IMG/VR virus record: IMGVR_UViG_3300034062_005355
Reading direction: 5' to 3' (one strand)
Length of the DNA stretch: 64,000 nt
Source: a virus
Taxonomy: Duplodnaviria; Caudoviricetes
The notes beneath the pieces were generated by a model. It was not told the DNA's origin, made no database searches, and saw only the letters and a program-made list of their open reading frames with translations. This document shows positions 17,151 to 27,400 of this stretch, piece by piece. The first letter of the stretch is position 1, and every line of letters starts with the position of its first letter. The position numbers were made by a program, and so were the translations under genes.

Positions 17151-17471
17151 ATGGGCGAAGAAAAATTAATTAAGGCTTATTCAAAACTAATTAATTCGGA
17201 TATACTAAAAAGTGTATACCCAATGTTAGACCATATTGATATTGCTAAAGTTAAAGACAACCCTAACTTTATAGGATATGATATGTCTGTCAATATTTTT
17301 CTAAATGACCCTAATATTGATAAAAATAATATGTATGCCAAAAAATTTGACCCACATTATCTTGTGGAAAAACATTTAAAAGACCTTTCAAAATATCTTG
17401 GAATTGATTTTCACAAAATCACATTCAAACTTTATTCTCCTGATGGAGAATTAATCTTAAATTGGGATTAA
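17151..17471 (+). CDS. Hypothetical protein
   Basis: ORF track. Confidence 0.75.
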   Translation: MGEEKLIKAYSKLINSDILKSVYPMLDHIDIAKVKDNPNFIGYDMSVNIFLNDPNIDKNNMYAKKFDPHYLVEKHLKDLSKYLGIDFHKITFKLYSPDGELILNWD

Positions 17472-17520
17472 CTATTTTTCTTTTTCAAAAAATTTTATTA
17501 TACTTGTAAAAAATACATTT

Positions 17521-17952
17521 ATGAGTAAAGTTAAAATTTCTACAAGCAAAGGTGATATGATTTGTGAGTTGTACGACAACGAAACACCAATCACCACCAA
17601 CAATTTCAAAAGTTTAATTGAAAAAAAATTCTATGACGGTTTGAACTTCCATAGAGTTATTCCAAACTTTGTGATTCAAGGAGGATGTCCAAATGGTATG
17701 GGTAACGGTGGTCCTGGATATCAAATTGAATGTGAAGTAACGGCACCAAACCAGTTCCACGATAAAGGTGTGTTATCAATGGCTCACGCTGGACGTAACA
17801 CAGGTGGTTCTCAGTTCTTCATCTGTCACAACAGACAAGGAACCCAACACTTGGATGGTAACCATACTTGTTTCGGAAAAGTTGTTGAAGGTCTTGATGT
17901 TATAGACCAAATCCAACAAGGAGACAAAATCAATTCTATTGAAATGATGTAA
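17521..17952 (+). CDS. Cyclophilin-type peptidyl-prolyl cis-trans isomerase
   Basis: YDGLNFHRVIPNFVIQGGCP, SMAHAGRNTGGSQFFI, HTCFGKVVEG. Confidence 0.97.
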   Translation: MSKVKISTSKGDMICELYDNETPITTNNFKSLIEKKFYDGLNFHRVIPNFVIQGGCPNGMGNGGPGYQIECEVTAPNQFHDKGVLSMAHAGRNTGGSQFFICHNRQGTQHLDGNHTCFGKVVEGLDVIDQIQQGDKINSIEMM

Positions 17953-18017
17953 TTCTAAACCCCATCTCACAAGGTGGGGTTTTTTGTTTCTCATGATATT
18001 TATGTTAAAGAAAAAAT

Positions 18018-18194
18018 ATGAAACACATTTTAAATAATTTGTCAGAACAGGAGAAGAATAGTATCCGTGAACAACATACAGGTGGAATGAAGGTTATGAC
18101 CGAGAACTTTAGTAAGTTGTTAAACTCAAAACTTGGTGATTCAAAACCATTGGTTGAACAAAAAGAAGATACATTAGATACTGAAGAAAATTAA
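18018..18194 (+). CDS. 58-aa protein, LSEQEKxxIREQH motif (not in ORF track)
   Basis: Hand-translated; TATTTAT 17997-18003; terminator follows. Confidence 0.75.
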   Translation: MKHILNNLSEQEKNSIREQHTGGMKVMTENFSKLLNSKLGDSKPLVEQKEDTLDTEEN

Positions 18195-18248
18195 AACTAA
18201 CCCCACTCACAAGGTGGGGTTTTTTCATTTCTAAAGTATTTATATATT

Positions 18249-18905
18249 ATGGCAAAAAAAGTTATACGACTTACTGAACAAGAATTATCTAAAGTATTAA
18301 GCGATATTTTAAACATGACTGGAGCGTTTGGTGGAAAAGGAAAAAAAGATAATAAAAGTTCTGAACCAAAAAAATCTATAGGTAAAGTATCCGCAAAAGG
18401 TCAAGAACTTTTGAATAACCCAACCTTTAAAGAAAAATTAAAACAAATCTCAAGTGAGATTGGAATTAGTGAAAATTCAATTATTAAGTTAATGAAACAC
18501 GAATCAGGATTAGATTCTTCTGTCAAGAACAGTATTGGTTGTGTTGGTTTAATCCAATTTTGTCCTGACAACAAAGGGGGGTCGTCAAAAACCATCAACG
18601 GAAAAACATATAATTTAAGTGAGTTACAAGATGATTTAGAATTACAATTAGATGCAATTAAAGAGTTTTGGTCTAAAGGTAAACGTGATGGTAAAATTAA
18701 AAATGCCAAAGATTTATATGTTTATAATTTCTTCCCAATCGCAGCGGGAAAATCTGATGAGTATGTTCTACAAACTAAAGGATTATCTGCGGAAAAAATT
18801 GCAAGAGCAAATCCTATTTTTAATAAAACATTAGGTAGACCAATTAATACGCCTTTAACGGTTGGTGATTTAGGAGACTATTATCAAATGACGGGAATGG
18901 TTTAA
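18249..18905 (+). CDS. Lytic transglycosylase/lysozyme-like protein with IRLTE N-terminus
   Basis: LMKHESG catalytic Glu, GCVGLIQF motif. Confidence 0.75.
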   Translation: MAKKVIRLTEQELSKVLSDILNMTGAFGGKGKKDNKSSEPKKSIGKVSAKGQELLNNPTFKEKLKQISSEIGISENSIIKLMKHESGLDSSVKNSIGCVGLIQFCPDNKGGSSKTINGKTYNLSELQDDLELQLDAIKEFWSKGKRDGKIKNAKDLYVYNFFPIAAGKSDEYVLQTKGLSAEKIARANPIFNKTLGRPINTPLTVGDLGDYYQMTGMV

Positions 18906-18970
18906 TTCCTATTTAAAATAAAAAATAAAACCCTTAACATTGTTGAGGGTTTTTTTATTATATTTGCTTA

Positions 18971-19405
18971 ATGAAAAATCAAGTTAACATAGTAAATAAA
19001 AAGGCCAAGTTTGAATATGAGTTTATCCGAACTGAGGTTGCTGGTGTTGTATTGATGGGTTCTGAGGTAAAATCAATCAAAGAAGGTAAAATATCATTGG
19101 TTGAGTCGTATTGTTCATTTAATAATGGTGAATTATACCTAAAAAACGCTAACATAACCGAGTTTTTATCTGATTATACTCATAAATCATCCCAAGATAG
19201 GAAACTTCTATTAAAAAAGGTAGAATTGAACCGTTTAAAGAAGGAATTGATAAAGGGGTTAACCATTGTCCCATATAGAGTATTTGTTAACGAGAAGGGG
19301 TTAATTAAGGTTGAAATCGTATTGGCACGAGGTAAAAACCATCAAGATAAGAGAGATACAATCAAAAAACGAGATTTTGATAGGGAAATTAAGAGAAACT
19401 CTTAA
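18971..19405 (+). CDS. smpB: SsrA-binding protein
   Basis: NKKAKFEY, AGVVLMGSEVKSIK, RKLLL, LARGK...DKR. Confidence 0.95.
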   Translation: MKNQVNIVNKKAKFEYEFIRTEVAGVVLMGSEVKSIKEGKISLVESYCSFNNGELYLKNANITEFLSDYTHKSSQDRKLLLKKVELNRLKKELIKGLTIVPYRVFVNEKGLIKVEIVLARGKNHQDKRDTIKKRDFDREIKRNS

Positions 19406-19416
19406 TATTTAACAAT

Positions 19417-19806
19417 ATGAAATATATTATTACAGAATCAAAATTAGAACGGGTAATTACTGGTTATATTAATGAATTATTCCCAATTGATGAGATTAAT
19501 TATACACATCCTGATGCTTATGATGATGAGTACGGAGAAGTATATGAGGACAAAAATATGGTTCAGTTTTATCTTGGCAATTATGATGAAGGTGAAAACA
19601 ATATTTTTTTGTGGTTAGGTTCAGAATATTTTGAAAAAAATAGTTCAGCAAGAGATCGTAGCCCAACTATAGTCGTTGAACACCCTTACGATGACACACT
19701 AATCGCATATTTTAATGACCAATGGGAGGAACCATTTAAAAAATGGTTTACAGAAAATTTTGACTTACCTGTTAAAACCGTTGAGTGGAAAAGAATGATT
19801 GATTAA
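19417..19806 (+). CDS. MKYIITE-family protein
   Basis: MKYIITESKL; KKWFTENFDLPVKTV C-terminus. Confidence 0.85.
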   Translation: MKYIITESKLERVITGYINELFPIDEINYTHPDAYDDEYGEVYEDKNMVQFYLGNYDEGENNIFLWLGSEYFEKNSSARDRSPTIVVEHPYDDTLIAYFNDQWEEPFKKWFTENFDLPVKTVEWKRMID

Positions 19807-20085
19807 ATGAAAAAATCACCAAAACAAGTTAAAAAAATTGTTGAGACGTATTTGAATACCGAATATGTTCATAAATTCCCAATAGTTGAGATAACTCAAG
19901 AAGTTGTATCAACATATGATGGGGACTACCCATCATTTGTTATTGATTATAATGGCTCAAATCCTGCCGATGACGATGAACTTTGGAATGATTTGGTTGA
20001 AGGAATAAAAAAATATACCAATTTAAAACAAGGTGAAGATTATTGGTTAGGATTAAGATGGTCATGGAATTCTTACGGTACGTAA
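19807..20085 (+). CDS. Hypothetical protein
   Basis: ORF track. Confidence 0.7.
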   Translation: MKKSPKQVKKIVETYLNTEYVHKFPIVEITQEVVSTYDGDYPSFVIDYNGSNPADDDELWNDLVEGIKKYTNLKQGEDYWLGLRWSWNSYGT

Positions 20086-20252
20086 TAAAATGGATTGCAT
20101 CTAATTTGGCAATACCATTTTGGGTTGTTGGTCACGTGCACCTAACCATGAATATTTATAAAGACATTTATGAGATATTATCATCATTTGGAATGAATTT
20201 AATTGTTATTTATGGGTTTTGGTTGGAATGGAAAGACCGAAAGAAAATCTAA
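20043..20252 (+). CDS. Small membrane protein
   Basis: Two hydrophobic segments; start uncertain. Confidence 0.65.
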   Translation: MVRIKMVMEFLRYVIKWIASNLAIPFWVVGHVHLTMNIYKDIYEILSSFGMNLIVIYGFWLEWKDRKKI

Positions 20253-20301
20253 AATCTATTTATAATCATAAAACATATATTATTTTTAAAAAAAACATAA
20301 G

Positions 20302-20499
20302 ATGGGAGCACAACATTTAACACAACAAGAAAAGGCAAAATTGTATGACGATATGCTTTTGAGATATCAAAGACTTCAAGAACAAGTTAGATTGATTAAG
20401 GCAAAAAGTTTTGAGGTTTCAGATGAAGACCAAAGACAAATCAATATAATTGAGTCGAGTATGAAAAGATTATATAACGACACTCAAAAGTTATTTTAA
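20302..20499 (+). CDS. Hypothetical coiled-coil protein
   Basis: ORF track. Confidence 0.75.
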   Translation: MGAQHLTQQEKAKLYDDMLLRYQRLQEQVRLIKAKSFEVSDEDQRQINIIESSMKRLYNDTQKLF

Positions 20500-20532
20500 A
20501 AAATAAAACCCACTTATTAGTGGGTTTTTTAT

Positions 20533-21207
20533 TTATTTAAATTTTAATCCTGTTAGTCTCTCGATAACTGACACATCAACTTGGTTATTCAAATAACCAT
20601 CAGGTTTTGATGTATCATTAACAAATAAGAATGCGTTCCATTCATTTGTTTTTTTAACATAAAAAACTTTCCAACACTTTTCAGGAACGGCAACTCTACC
20701 GATTCTTTTAACCTCACCGATATTACCACACCAAACATGTATACTATCTTTTTCACTTGCTAATTTTCTTGTTAACACTTCAACTGATTTCCAATCACCA
20801 GCATTTAAACTTCTATATTGTGGTGACATATTTGAGAAATAAAAACATTCATCTTGAATTTGTTGTGTTTGACATAAATTATCTGCAGCTGGCATCATGT
20901 GACCTCTATCAGTTCCACTTCCAACGTAATCTTTAGCGATATCGGTTTCTTTTGGTAAAAGTGGGTCAGGTTTAAAATTGTCTTTTCTCTTTAGTGGTGT
21001 AGTACAAGTAACCATTGATTTTGTTACCCACCATTCAACCATTACGGGATACATTTTTGATTTACTAAAAACAGAAATGTAATTAATATGGTTTAATCTT
21101 ACAGTATCACTGTAATCTTGAGAGACTTTTTGAATGTTCGTATTCAATTGTCCGTTTGCAATTATACTAAATAGTATAATACTTGTGAGTATAAAAATTT
21201 TCTTCAT
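20533..21207 (-). CDS. Exported DNA/RNA non-specific endonuclease (NucA/EndG family)
   Basis: Signal peptide, DRGH motif, NMSPQ...LNAGDW, VAVPEKCWKV. Confidence 0.92.
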   Translation of the reverse strand: MKKIFILTSIILFSIIANGQLNTNIQKVSQDYSDTVRLNHINYISVFSKSKMYPVMVEWWVTKSMVTCTTPLKRKDNFKPDPLLPKETDIAKDYVGSGTDRGHMMPAADNLCQTQQIQDECFYFSNMSPQYRSLNAGDWKSVEVLTRKLASEKDSIHVWCGNIGEVKRIGRVAVPEKCWKVFYVKKTNEWNAFLFVNDTSKPDGYLNNQVDVSVIERLTGLKFK

Positions 21208-21254
21208 ACTATTAAATATTTATACATATAATATTTATTATTATATTTATTAGT

Positions 21255-21761
21255 ATGGGAACAAAATTTACGCTTACAGAACAAGAAAGAGAAGATATTA
21301 AAAAACAATATCAATATCTAATCAAAGAATCTGATGATAAAAAAGATGATAGAAAATTCTGTCATGGAGGAAATGTAAAGACATTAGAAGAGATCGTTGG
21401 TGATGACACCATGGAAGATTATATTGAGGGAGTTCAAATTAGACCTAACGGAGTTAATGGTTTGGTTGATAAAATTGAACTATTAAAGACACTTAGAATT
21501 CATCCAAAAGTATCCGATGGTGGAGAACACTTGGCTAGTGAGATTATGAACCATTTGAAAACATATAAGCCATATAATTATTTCGATGAGACTAAAAATG
21601 AGTGTAACTCGGCAATGGATAAAATTATTGAATTGTATAAAGAACATGAAAGTGGTGAAGAATTGGTTAAAGATATTGAAAAGGTTTATGCAATGCAACA
21701 CATCTCACCAAGGGCAAAAGAATTCTTAAAACACGGTCTTGGAATGCTTAGAGGTAAATAA
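21255..21761 (+). CDS. LTEQERxxI N-terminal motif protein
   Basis: TATTTAT 21244-21250. Confidence 0.8.
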   Translation: MGTKFTLTEQEREDIKKQYQYLIKESDDKKDDRKFCHGGNVKTLEEIVGDDTMEDYIEGVQIRPNGVNGLVDKIELLKTLRIHPKVSDGGEHLASEIMNHLKTYKPYNYFDETKNECNSAMDKIIELYKEHESGEELVKDIEKVYAMQHISPRAKEFLKHGLGMLRGK

Positions 21762-21823
21762 CTTTGATTTTTATTTTTAAATTATTATAATTAATGTCTC
21801 ACACTTGTGGGACATTTTTTTTT

Positions 21824-22204
21824 ATGACAAATGAAAAACCAGACAATATAGCAGATAATCCAAGTTTACTTCCTTATGCGAGTAATGTTGGCGCACCACC
21901 AATAATTGCGACAGATTTAACCACGTTTAAACAAAACGGTCTCTCGAAAGTGGAGAAAGTTTTTGACCGAAGATATAAAGAACTTGTAGAACAAGCAGAA
22001 ACCCTCCAAAAATCGTTTATGATAACTCAAGAGGTGTATGACTCAAAATATAAATTTGAACCTCTTATAGGTGAGATATACCACCTATATGAAGATTCAG
22101 ATGGTGGTCGTACATTGTCTTTGATTGAGCCAACCCATTGGAATAGGAAACATATTTATTCGGTTATTCTTAATTCAGACATGACATGGACCAAGATAGA
22201 TTAA
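21824..22204 (+). CDS. DUF2452-like protein
   Basis: LLPYASNVGAP, FEPLIGEIYHLY, LSLIEP. Confidence 0.7.
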   Translation: MTNEKPDNIADNPSLLPYASNVGAPPIIATDLTTFKQNGLSKVEKVFDRRYKELVEQAETLQKSFMITQEVYDSKYKFEPLIGEIYHLYEDSDGGRTLSLIEPTHWNRKHIYSVILNSDMTWTKID

Positions 22205-22434
22205 AGAAACTTATACAATCTGCGTTGGACACTTCATACGATGAATCATTACTGATAACCGAATTTAGAGCATTACCAACACACTCATATGATAATGAAA
22301 AAGGTGAATGGGTTCCTGATTCACATTCATTATTTTTAGTCGTTAAAAAAACAAAAGATTGTGAGAATTGTAAAAACGTATCAAGACTTATAGAGTCAGT
22401 ATTTGGATTTGAATGTGTGGTCGATTTTTCCTAG
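22186..22434 (+). CDS. Hypothetical protein
   Basis: ORF track. Confidence 0.65.
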   Translation: MDQDRLKKLIQSALDTSYDESLLITEFRALPTHSYDNEKGEWVPDSHSLFLVVKKTKDCENCKNVSRLIESVFGFECVVDFS

Positions 22435-22494
22435 AACTAGTAATAGACTAGTTTTTTTATTTGGTTGGTATATTTATCATAAAAACATATTTTA

Positions 22495-22803
22495 ATGGAA
22501 AATCAATCATTTTGGGCTGTATTGGCAACACTTATTACAGTATTAGGGAGTTCAGCGGCTTGGAGGTATTACGAAAAAAGGTCAATGCAAAGAGATAGAG
22601 ACGAAGATTTTATTCGCCATGACTGTAGAGATAGAATATCAAAATTAGAAGCGTTATTGGTTGCAAGTAGTCAAGAAAAAGACAACATGAGACAAACCAT
22701 TTTAGAATTAACCGAAAAAGTTGCTCAACTTACAGTCAAAGTTGAGTTCATGCAGAAAGAAAACGCCGAGTTGATGAGTACAATGGCTAAAAGAAATCAT
22801 TAA
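22495..22803 (+). CDS. Membrane-anchored coiled-coil protein
   Basis: N-terminal TM segment then heptads; TATTTAT 22471-22477. Confidence 0.8.
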   Translation: MENQSFWAVLATLITVLGSSAAWRYYEKRSMQRDRDEDFIRHDCRDRISKLEALLVASSQEKDNMRQTILELTEKVAQLTVKVEFMQKENAELMSTMAKRNH

Positions 22804-23084
22804 ACATCCCATCTAACCATCAATTTTAATTTTTGATCTGGAAAAAAATAAACCAAACAATCAGAAACTAAAACTTCAGCCATAGAGGTATCCAAAATAT
22901 CCTCATTAATTACACCACCCAACAACACAATAACCTCAATCATTACGCTGTTGTCGGATATTCCAAAATTAATATTATGAATTTTAATGTAAGACCCCTC
23001 ACCATAAAATAATTTTACGGAATCACCTTTTAAATCATTAATATAGTTCTCAATTAAGCTATACAATCTCCTTTTATTATCCAT
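22800..23084 (-). CDS. Hypothetical protein
   Basis: ORF track. Confidence 0.7.
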   Translation of the reverse strand: MDNKRRLYSLIENYINDLKGDSVKLFYGEGSYIKIHNINFGISDNSVMIEVIVLLGGVINEDILDTSMAEVLVSDCLVYFFPDQKLKLMVRWDV

Positions 23085-23125
23085 TACAATAATAATAAGA
23101 AAAACATAAATAAAATATAGACAAA

Positions 23126-23269
23126 TTACCCCTGACCTCTATTTGGTTTTACATAATTCTTGGAGTTTTTATTATTAGATGTCTTCGTCTTGGCATGAAC
23201 ACCAGGTCTTGTAATTTTATTTTTTACTCTTTTTATTGAGGTTGTTGTTGAATTTTTTGCTTTTGCCAT
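23126..23269 (-). CDS. 47-aa basic peptide ending RGQG (not in ORF track)
   Basis: Hand-translated; TATTTAT (minus) at 23292-23298. Confidence 0.7.
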   Translation of the reverse strand: MAKAKNSTTTSIKRVKNKITRPGVHAKTKTSNNKNSKNYVKPNRGQG

Positions 23270-23315
23270 TATATTTGTTGTTATTTTTTACATAAATACA
23301 CTTATATTTATTAAT

Positions 23316-23609
23316 ATGAACCTTACAGAATCAGAAAAAAAAGAAATATTATCAAAATATGATGGAACCACTTCTGATGAGTTATTAAACCATCTTAAAA
23401 GAAACTTTCCTGTAAATGAAATTAAATTTGATTGGATGAAAAAACCAATTAAGCAAATCTCTATTGATTACAAAACTTATAACATTGAATACAATAAAAA
23501 ATATTTGGTTGGTAAACTAGCGAACTATCTTGAAAATGAATGGACACATTTAGATAACGCGGTCTTAAGAAGAACAATCAAAAAATTTCTTGACGGGCAC
23601 TTGTTGTGA
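23316..23609 (+). CDS. LTESEKxxIL N-terminal motif protein
   Basis: TATTTAT 23305-23311. Confidence 0.8.
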   Translation: MNLTESEKKEILSKYDGTTSDELLNHLKRNFPVNEIKFDWMKKPIKQISIDYKTYNIEYNKKYLVGKLANYLENEWTHLDNAVLRRTIKKFLDGHLL

Positions 23610-23748
23610 TAAAAAAATATTCGTATCTTTGTGGTATGAAAAAAGGGGATAGTAGCGAACTTCCCCTTTTAAGTGTTATCATAACGATAACGGTCCTAAT
23701 AGTCCCCATCGTTGTGGGGAGGCTGATTTACAATAAATATCAAATAGA

Positions 23749-23991
23749 ATGTTAATACATATAGGTGTTGAAGAATTAGAAGAAAATTTTAGGTCTCATT
23801 GGAGAAATAACTTGATTTCTCATCCACACATTGATTATGCGACAAACGCAATTCACGGTTGGTTTGAAAATAAAGACTGTGTCATTTTTAGATTTAAAGA
23901 TTATGGGTATATTCATGACAATAGGTCAAACACTTATAACGTATCATCAGGGTCGGCAGGAATTATAATTCAAATAATTAAAAATAAGTAA
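23749..23991 (+). CDS. Hypothetical protein
   Basis: ORF track. Confidence 0.65.
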   Translation: MLIHIGVEELEENFRSHWRNNLISHPHIDYATNAIHGWFENKDCVIFRFKDYGYIHDNRSNTYNVSSGSAGIIIQIIKNK

Positions 23992-24053
23992 AAAAATATT
24001 TGGTAGTTTAAAAAAAATGTCTTACATTTGTAACACAATAAACAACTACAAAT

Positions 24054-24308
24054 ATGTCAACAGAAAAATTAATCAGAGACAAAGACGGACGATACAATTA
24101 TTTGTTTAATTGGATTGGTGGTGGATTTAATGATGTTTGGGCATTTAATATAAAAGATGCTCGTGATATTGTTAAGAAACAACGTAAAGAATCTGAGGAA
24201 AAATATCCAACACATGTAAAGTTGGTTGCTGACCCAAAATCGTTCAGAAAGGCAACAAGAAAAATGTCTGAAGAACAGAATAGAATGGGTTGGATGATGA
24301 CAATGTAG
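24054..24308 (+). CDS. Hypothetical protein
   Basis: TACATTTG promoter 24023-24030. Confidence 0.75.
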   Translation: MSTEKLIRDKDGRYNYLFNWIGGGFNDVWAFNIKDARDIVKKQRKESEEKYPTHVKLVADPKSFRKATRKMSEEQNRMGWMMTM

Positions 24309-24418
24309 TTGTTAAATTTGGAGATTTATACTCATGACGACAGAATAATTAAATAAAGATAGGGGATATTTAATCCCCTTTTTTATTTCCGTATATTTAT
24401 AGGGGAATAAGAAACTTT

Positions 24419-27400
24419 ATGTCATTCTCAAGACCATTTACATATAATCCATCACCTAATCCACTAATTAATGGTACTGAACAAGTTGGTAGTTTAGCAG
24501 TTGGAACACCAACATCAGGATTTACAAATAATCCACAATTTTGGAACGGACCTGACGAAGCGTTGGGGTATGTTATTGCTTATCCTGTTTCAGGAGGAAC
24601 TCATCCAACACCAATTTCGGGTGTAACAGCATATCTTGGTTTTAAAGGAACCAAAAACATGACTAATCCATTAAGTGAATCAACATTTGTGGAATTGGTT
24701 AACAGTTCATTTAATCAAAGTTTCACAAATGGGGACGAGGCTTCATATTATTTATTGAGTGAAGGATATTGGACATCTTACCCCTACACACCACTTTTCT
24801 CAGTTCAATTTTTTGAGTCAGGTTCTGATGTAATATTATCTTATGAGGGTCGACTTAACTTAGATGGTTTAGATTTTGTTGAAAGTGGTTCTTTAGGATT
24901 CGGTGGTGGAGTAGTACCAAATGTTGGTGTATTTCTAAATCAAGACGTAAATGGTTTTTCAGCATACGGTGGAGCCACGTTTAATGTCCCAACCTCTTTT
25001 GGTTCAGGAGAGGGGGGTGTTTCAGATTTGGGTAGTGGTAATAGTTTTGGTGTGTTTAACCCGTACGGCAGTTATTTTCTTTTAGTTCCTACGGGATATA
25101 CATCGTTTGAAGATTATATCCAAGGGTCATTATTATTTACAGGACAAACACTTACAAGTTTGGGAATGAATACTGGCACATACAACTATAGTTGGGGGGG
25201 ATACTTGGGACAATCATTTGTTCTTACAATTGGAGGACCAGCTCCAACACCAACACCAACAGGGACAATTGCGGTTACACCAACTAATACACCAACACCA
25301 ACTAATACACCTACAGGAACTGCGGCTGAAACGCCAACTCCTACACCTACAGGTACACCTGCTGAAACACCAACAGGAACTGCGGCGGCAACTCAAACAC
25401 CATCAGTTACACCAACATTAACACAAACACCAACTCCAACTGATTTAAGTGCGATTACCACTTACACCATCTCAGGATGTAGTAGTTCAAATGTTATTGT
25501 CGCTGATTTAGGACCAGGAGCATTTTTCCCTGGTGATACATTCTATTTGGACTTTACAGGAGCGACTGCAACTGAATGTTACACAATTATCAATAAAATC
25601 AACGCAACACCTACAGATGGTGGTAACCCAATATCTTCCTATCCTAATTGTGCCGATTGTATTGACGGAACAACCACAACTTACACAATTTCAGGATGTA
25701 CTACTTTGAATGTATTAGTCGCTGATTTAGGACCAGGAGCATTCGGTGCTGGTGATATATTCAACATGACATTTACAGGAGCAACTCCAAGTGGATGTTA
25801 CAGAATTGTCAATAAGATTGTTGCTACCCCAACAGATACAGGAGCACCACTAACTTTCTATTTTAATTGTGATGATTGTGAGGCTTCATTGGTAACACCA
25901 ACACCTACGGCAACACCAACAAATACTGAAACTCCAACTGAGACTCCTACACCTACGGTAACAGAAACTCCAACAGGAACACCATCTGTAACAGAAACAC
26001 CAACTGAGACTCCTACACCGACAGTGACGGAAACTCCGACAGGAACACCAGCGGTAACACCAACAAATACGGAAACACCAACTGAGACTCCTACACCGAC
26101 AGTAACTGAAACACCAACTAATACTCCAACAGAGACGGAAACACCAACACCAACTCCGACAGGAACAATTGGAGCGACACCTACTGAAACGGAAACTCCT
26201 ACTCCAACACCAACTGAGACTCCAACAGGAACTCCATCGGTGACAGAAACACCAACTGAGACTCCAACAGGAACTCCTGAGGTAACACAAACAAATACTC
26301 CAACAAATACGGAAACACCAACTGAAACTCCTACACCAACTCCGACTGAAACTCCAACAGGAACACCATCGGTAACACCAACAAATACAACTACACCTAC
26401 TACAACACCTTCAGTATGTACTCCTACCGCAACGCAAAACGTGGCGGGTGTTGATGGATTAACAGGATTTTTCTTTGGTGGATTCCCAACACCACTTGGA
26501 ATAGTTCAAGTTGGATGGTATGCTAATGGACCTGGTGTTTTAGACGCATTGGTCACTAATATTGATAGTGTGAATCAAAATATTACTATAGCTCCAGGAA
26601 ACGGAGTATTTGTTTCTGGTAGTTTCTATACTTTCTGTAACGCACCTCAATTCCCTAATGTTACACCAACATCGACTCCAACTGAGACGGAAACTCCTAC
26701 TCCTACACCAACAAATACTGAGACTCCGACTAATACTCCAACTGAAACACCTACAAATACACCAACCAATACGCCTACTGAAACTCCAACACCTACTCCA
26801 ACTGAAACACCTACCGAGACTCCTACTGAAACTCCTACTGAAACTCCTACTGAAACTCCAACAAATACTCCAACTGAAACACCAACTGTAACCGAAACTC
26901 CAACAGGAACACCAACAGGAACACCAGAAGCAGAAACTCCTACTCCTACACCAACAAATACTGAGACTCCGACTAATACTCCAACTGAAACACCTACAAA
27001 TACACCAACCAATACGCCTACAGAAACTGAAACACCTACTCCAACTCCTACGAATACAGAAACTCCAACCAATACTCCAACTGAAACAGAAACTCCAACT
27101 GAAACACCAACTAATACTCCAACAGGAACACCAGAAGCAGAAACTCCTACTCCTACACCGACAGTAACTGAAACTCCAACTAATACTCCTACACCAACTG
27201 TAACAGAAACTCCAACAAATACGCCTACTAATACTACAACCACCACACCTTCAGTTACACCAACAAACAGTATTAATGGTAGTGCGTTGTTCAATGATAC
27301 TAATTTCCTTACTATAAGTGGAAACACAGGTACTGCTATGGGAATAGGTGATTTTACTTGGGAGTGTTGGGTTTATCCGACTAGTAGTTTAGGATTTCAA

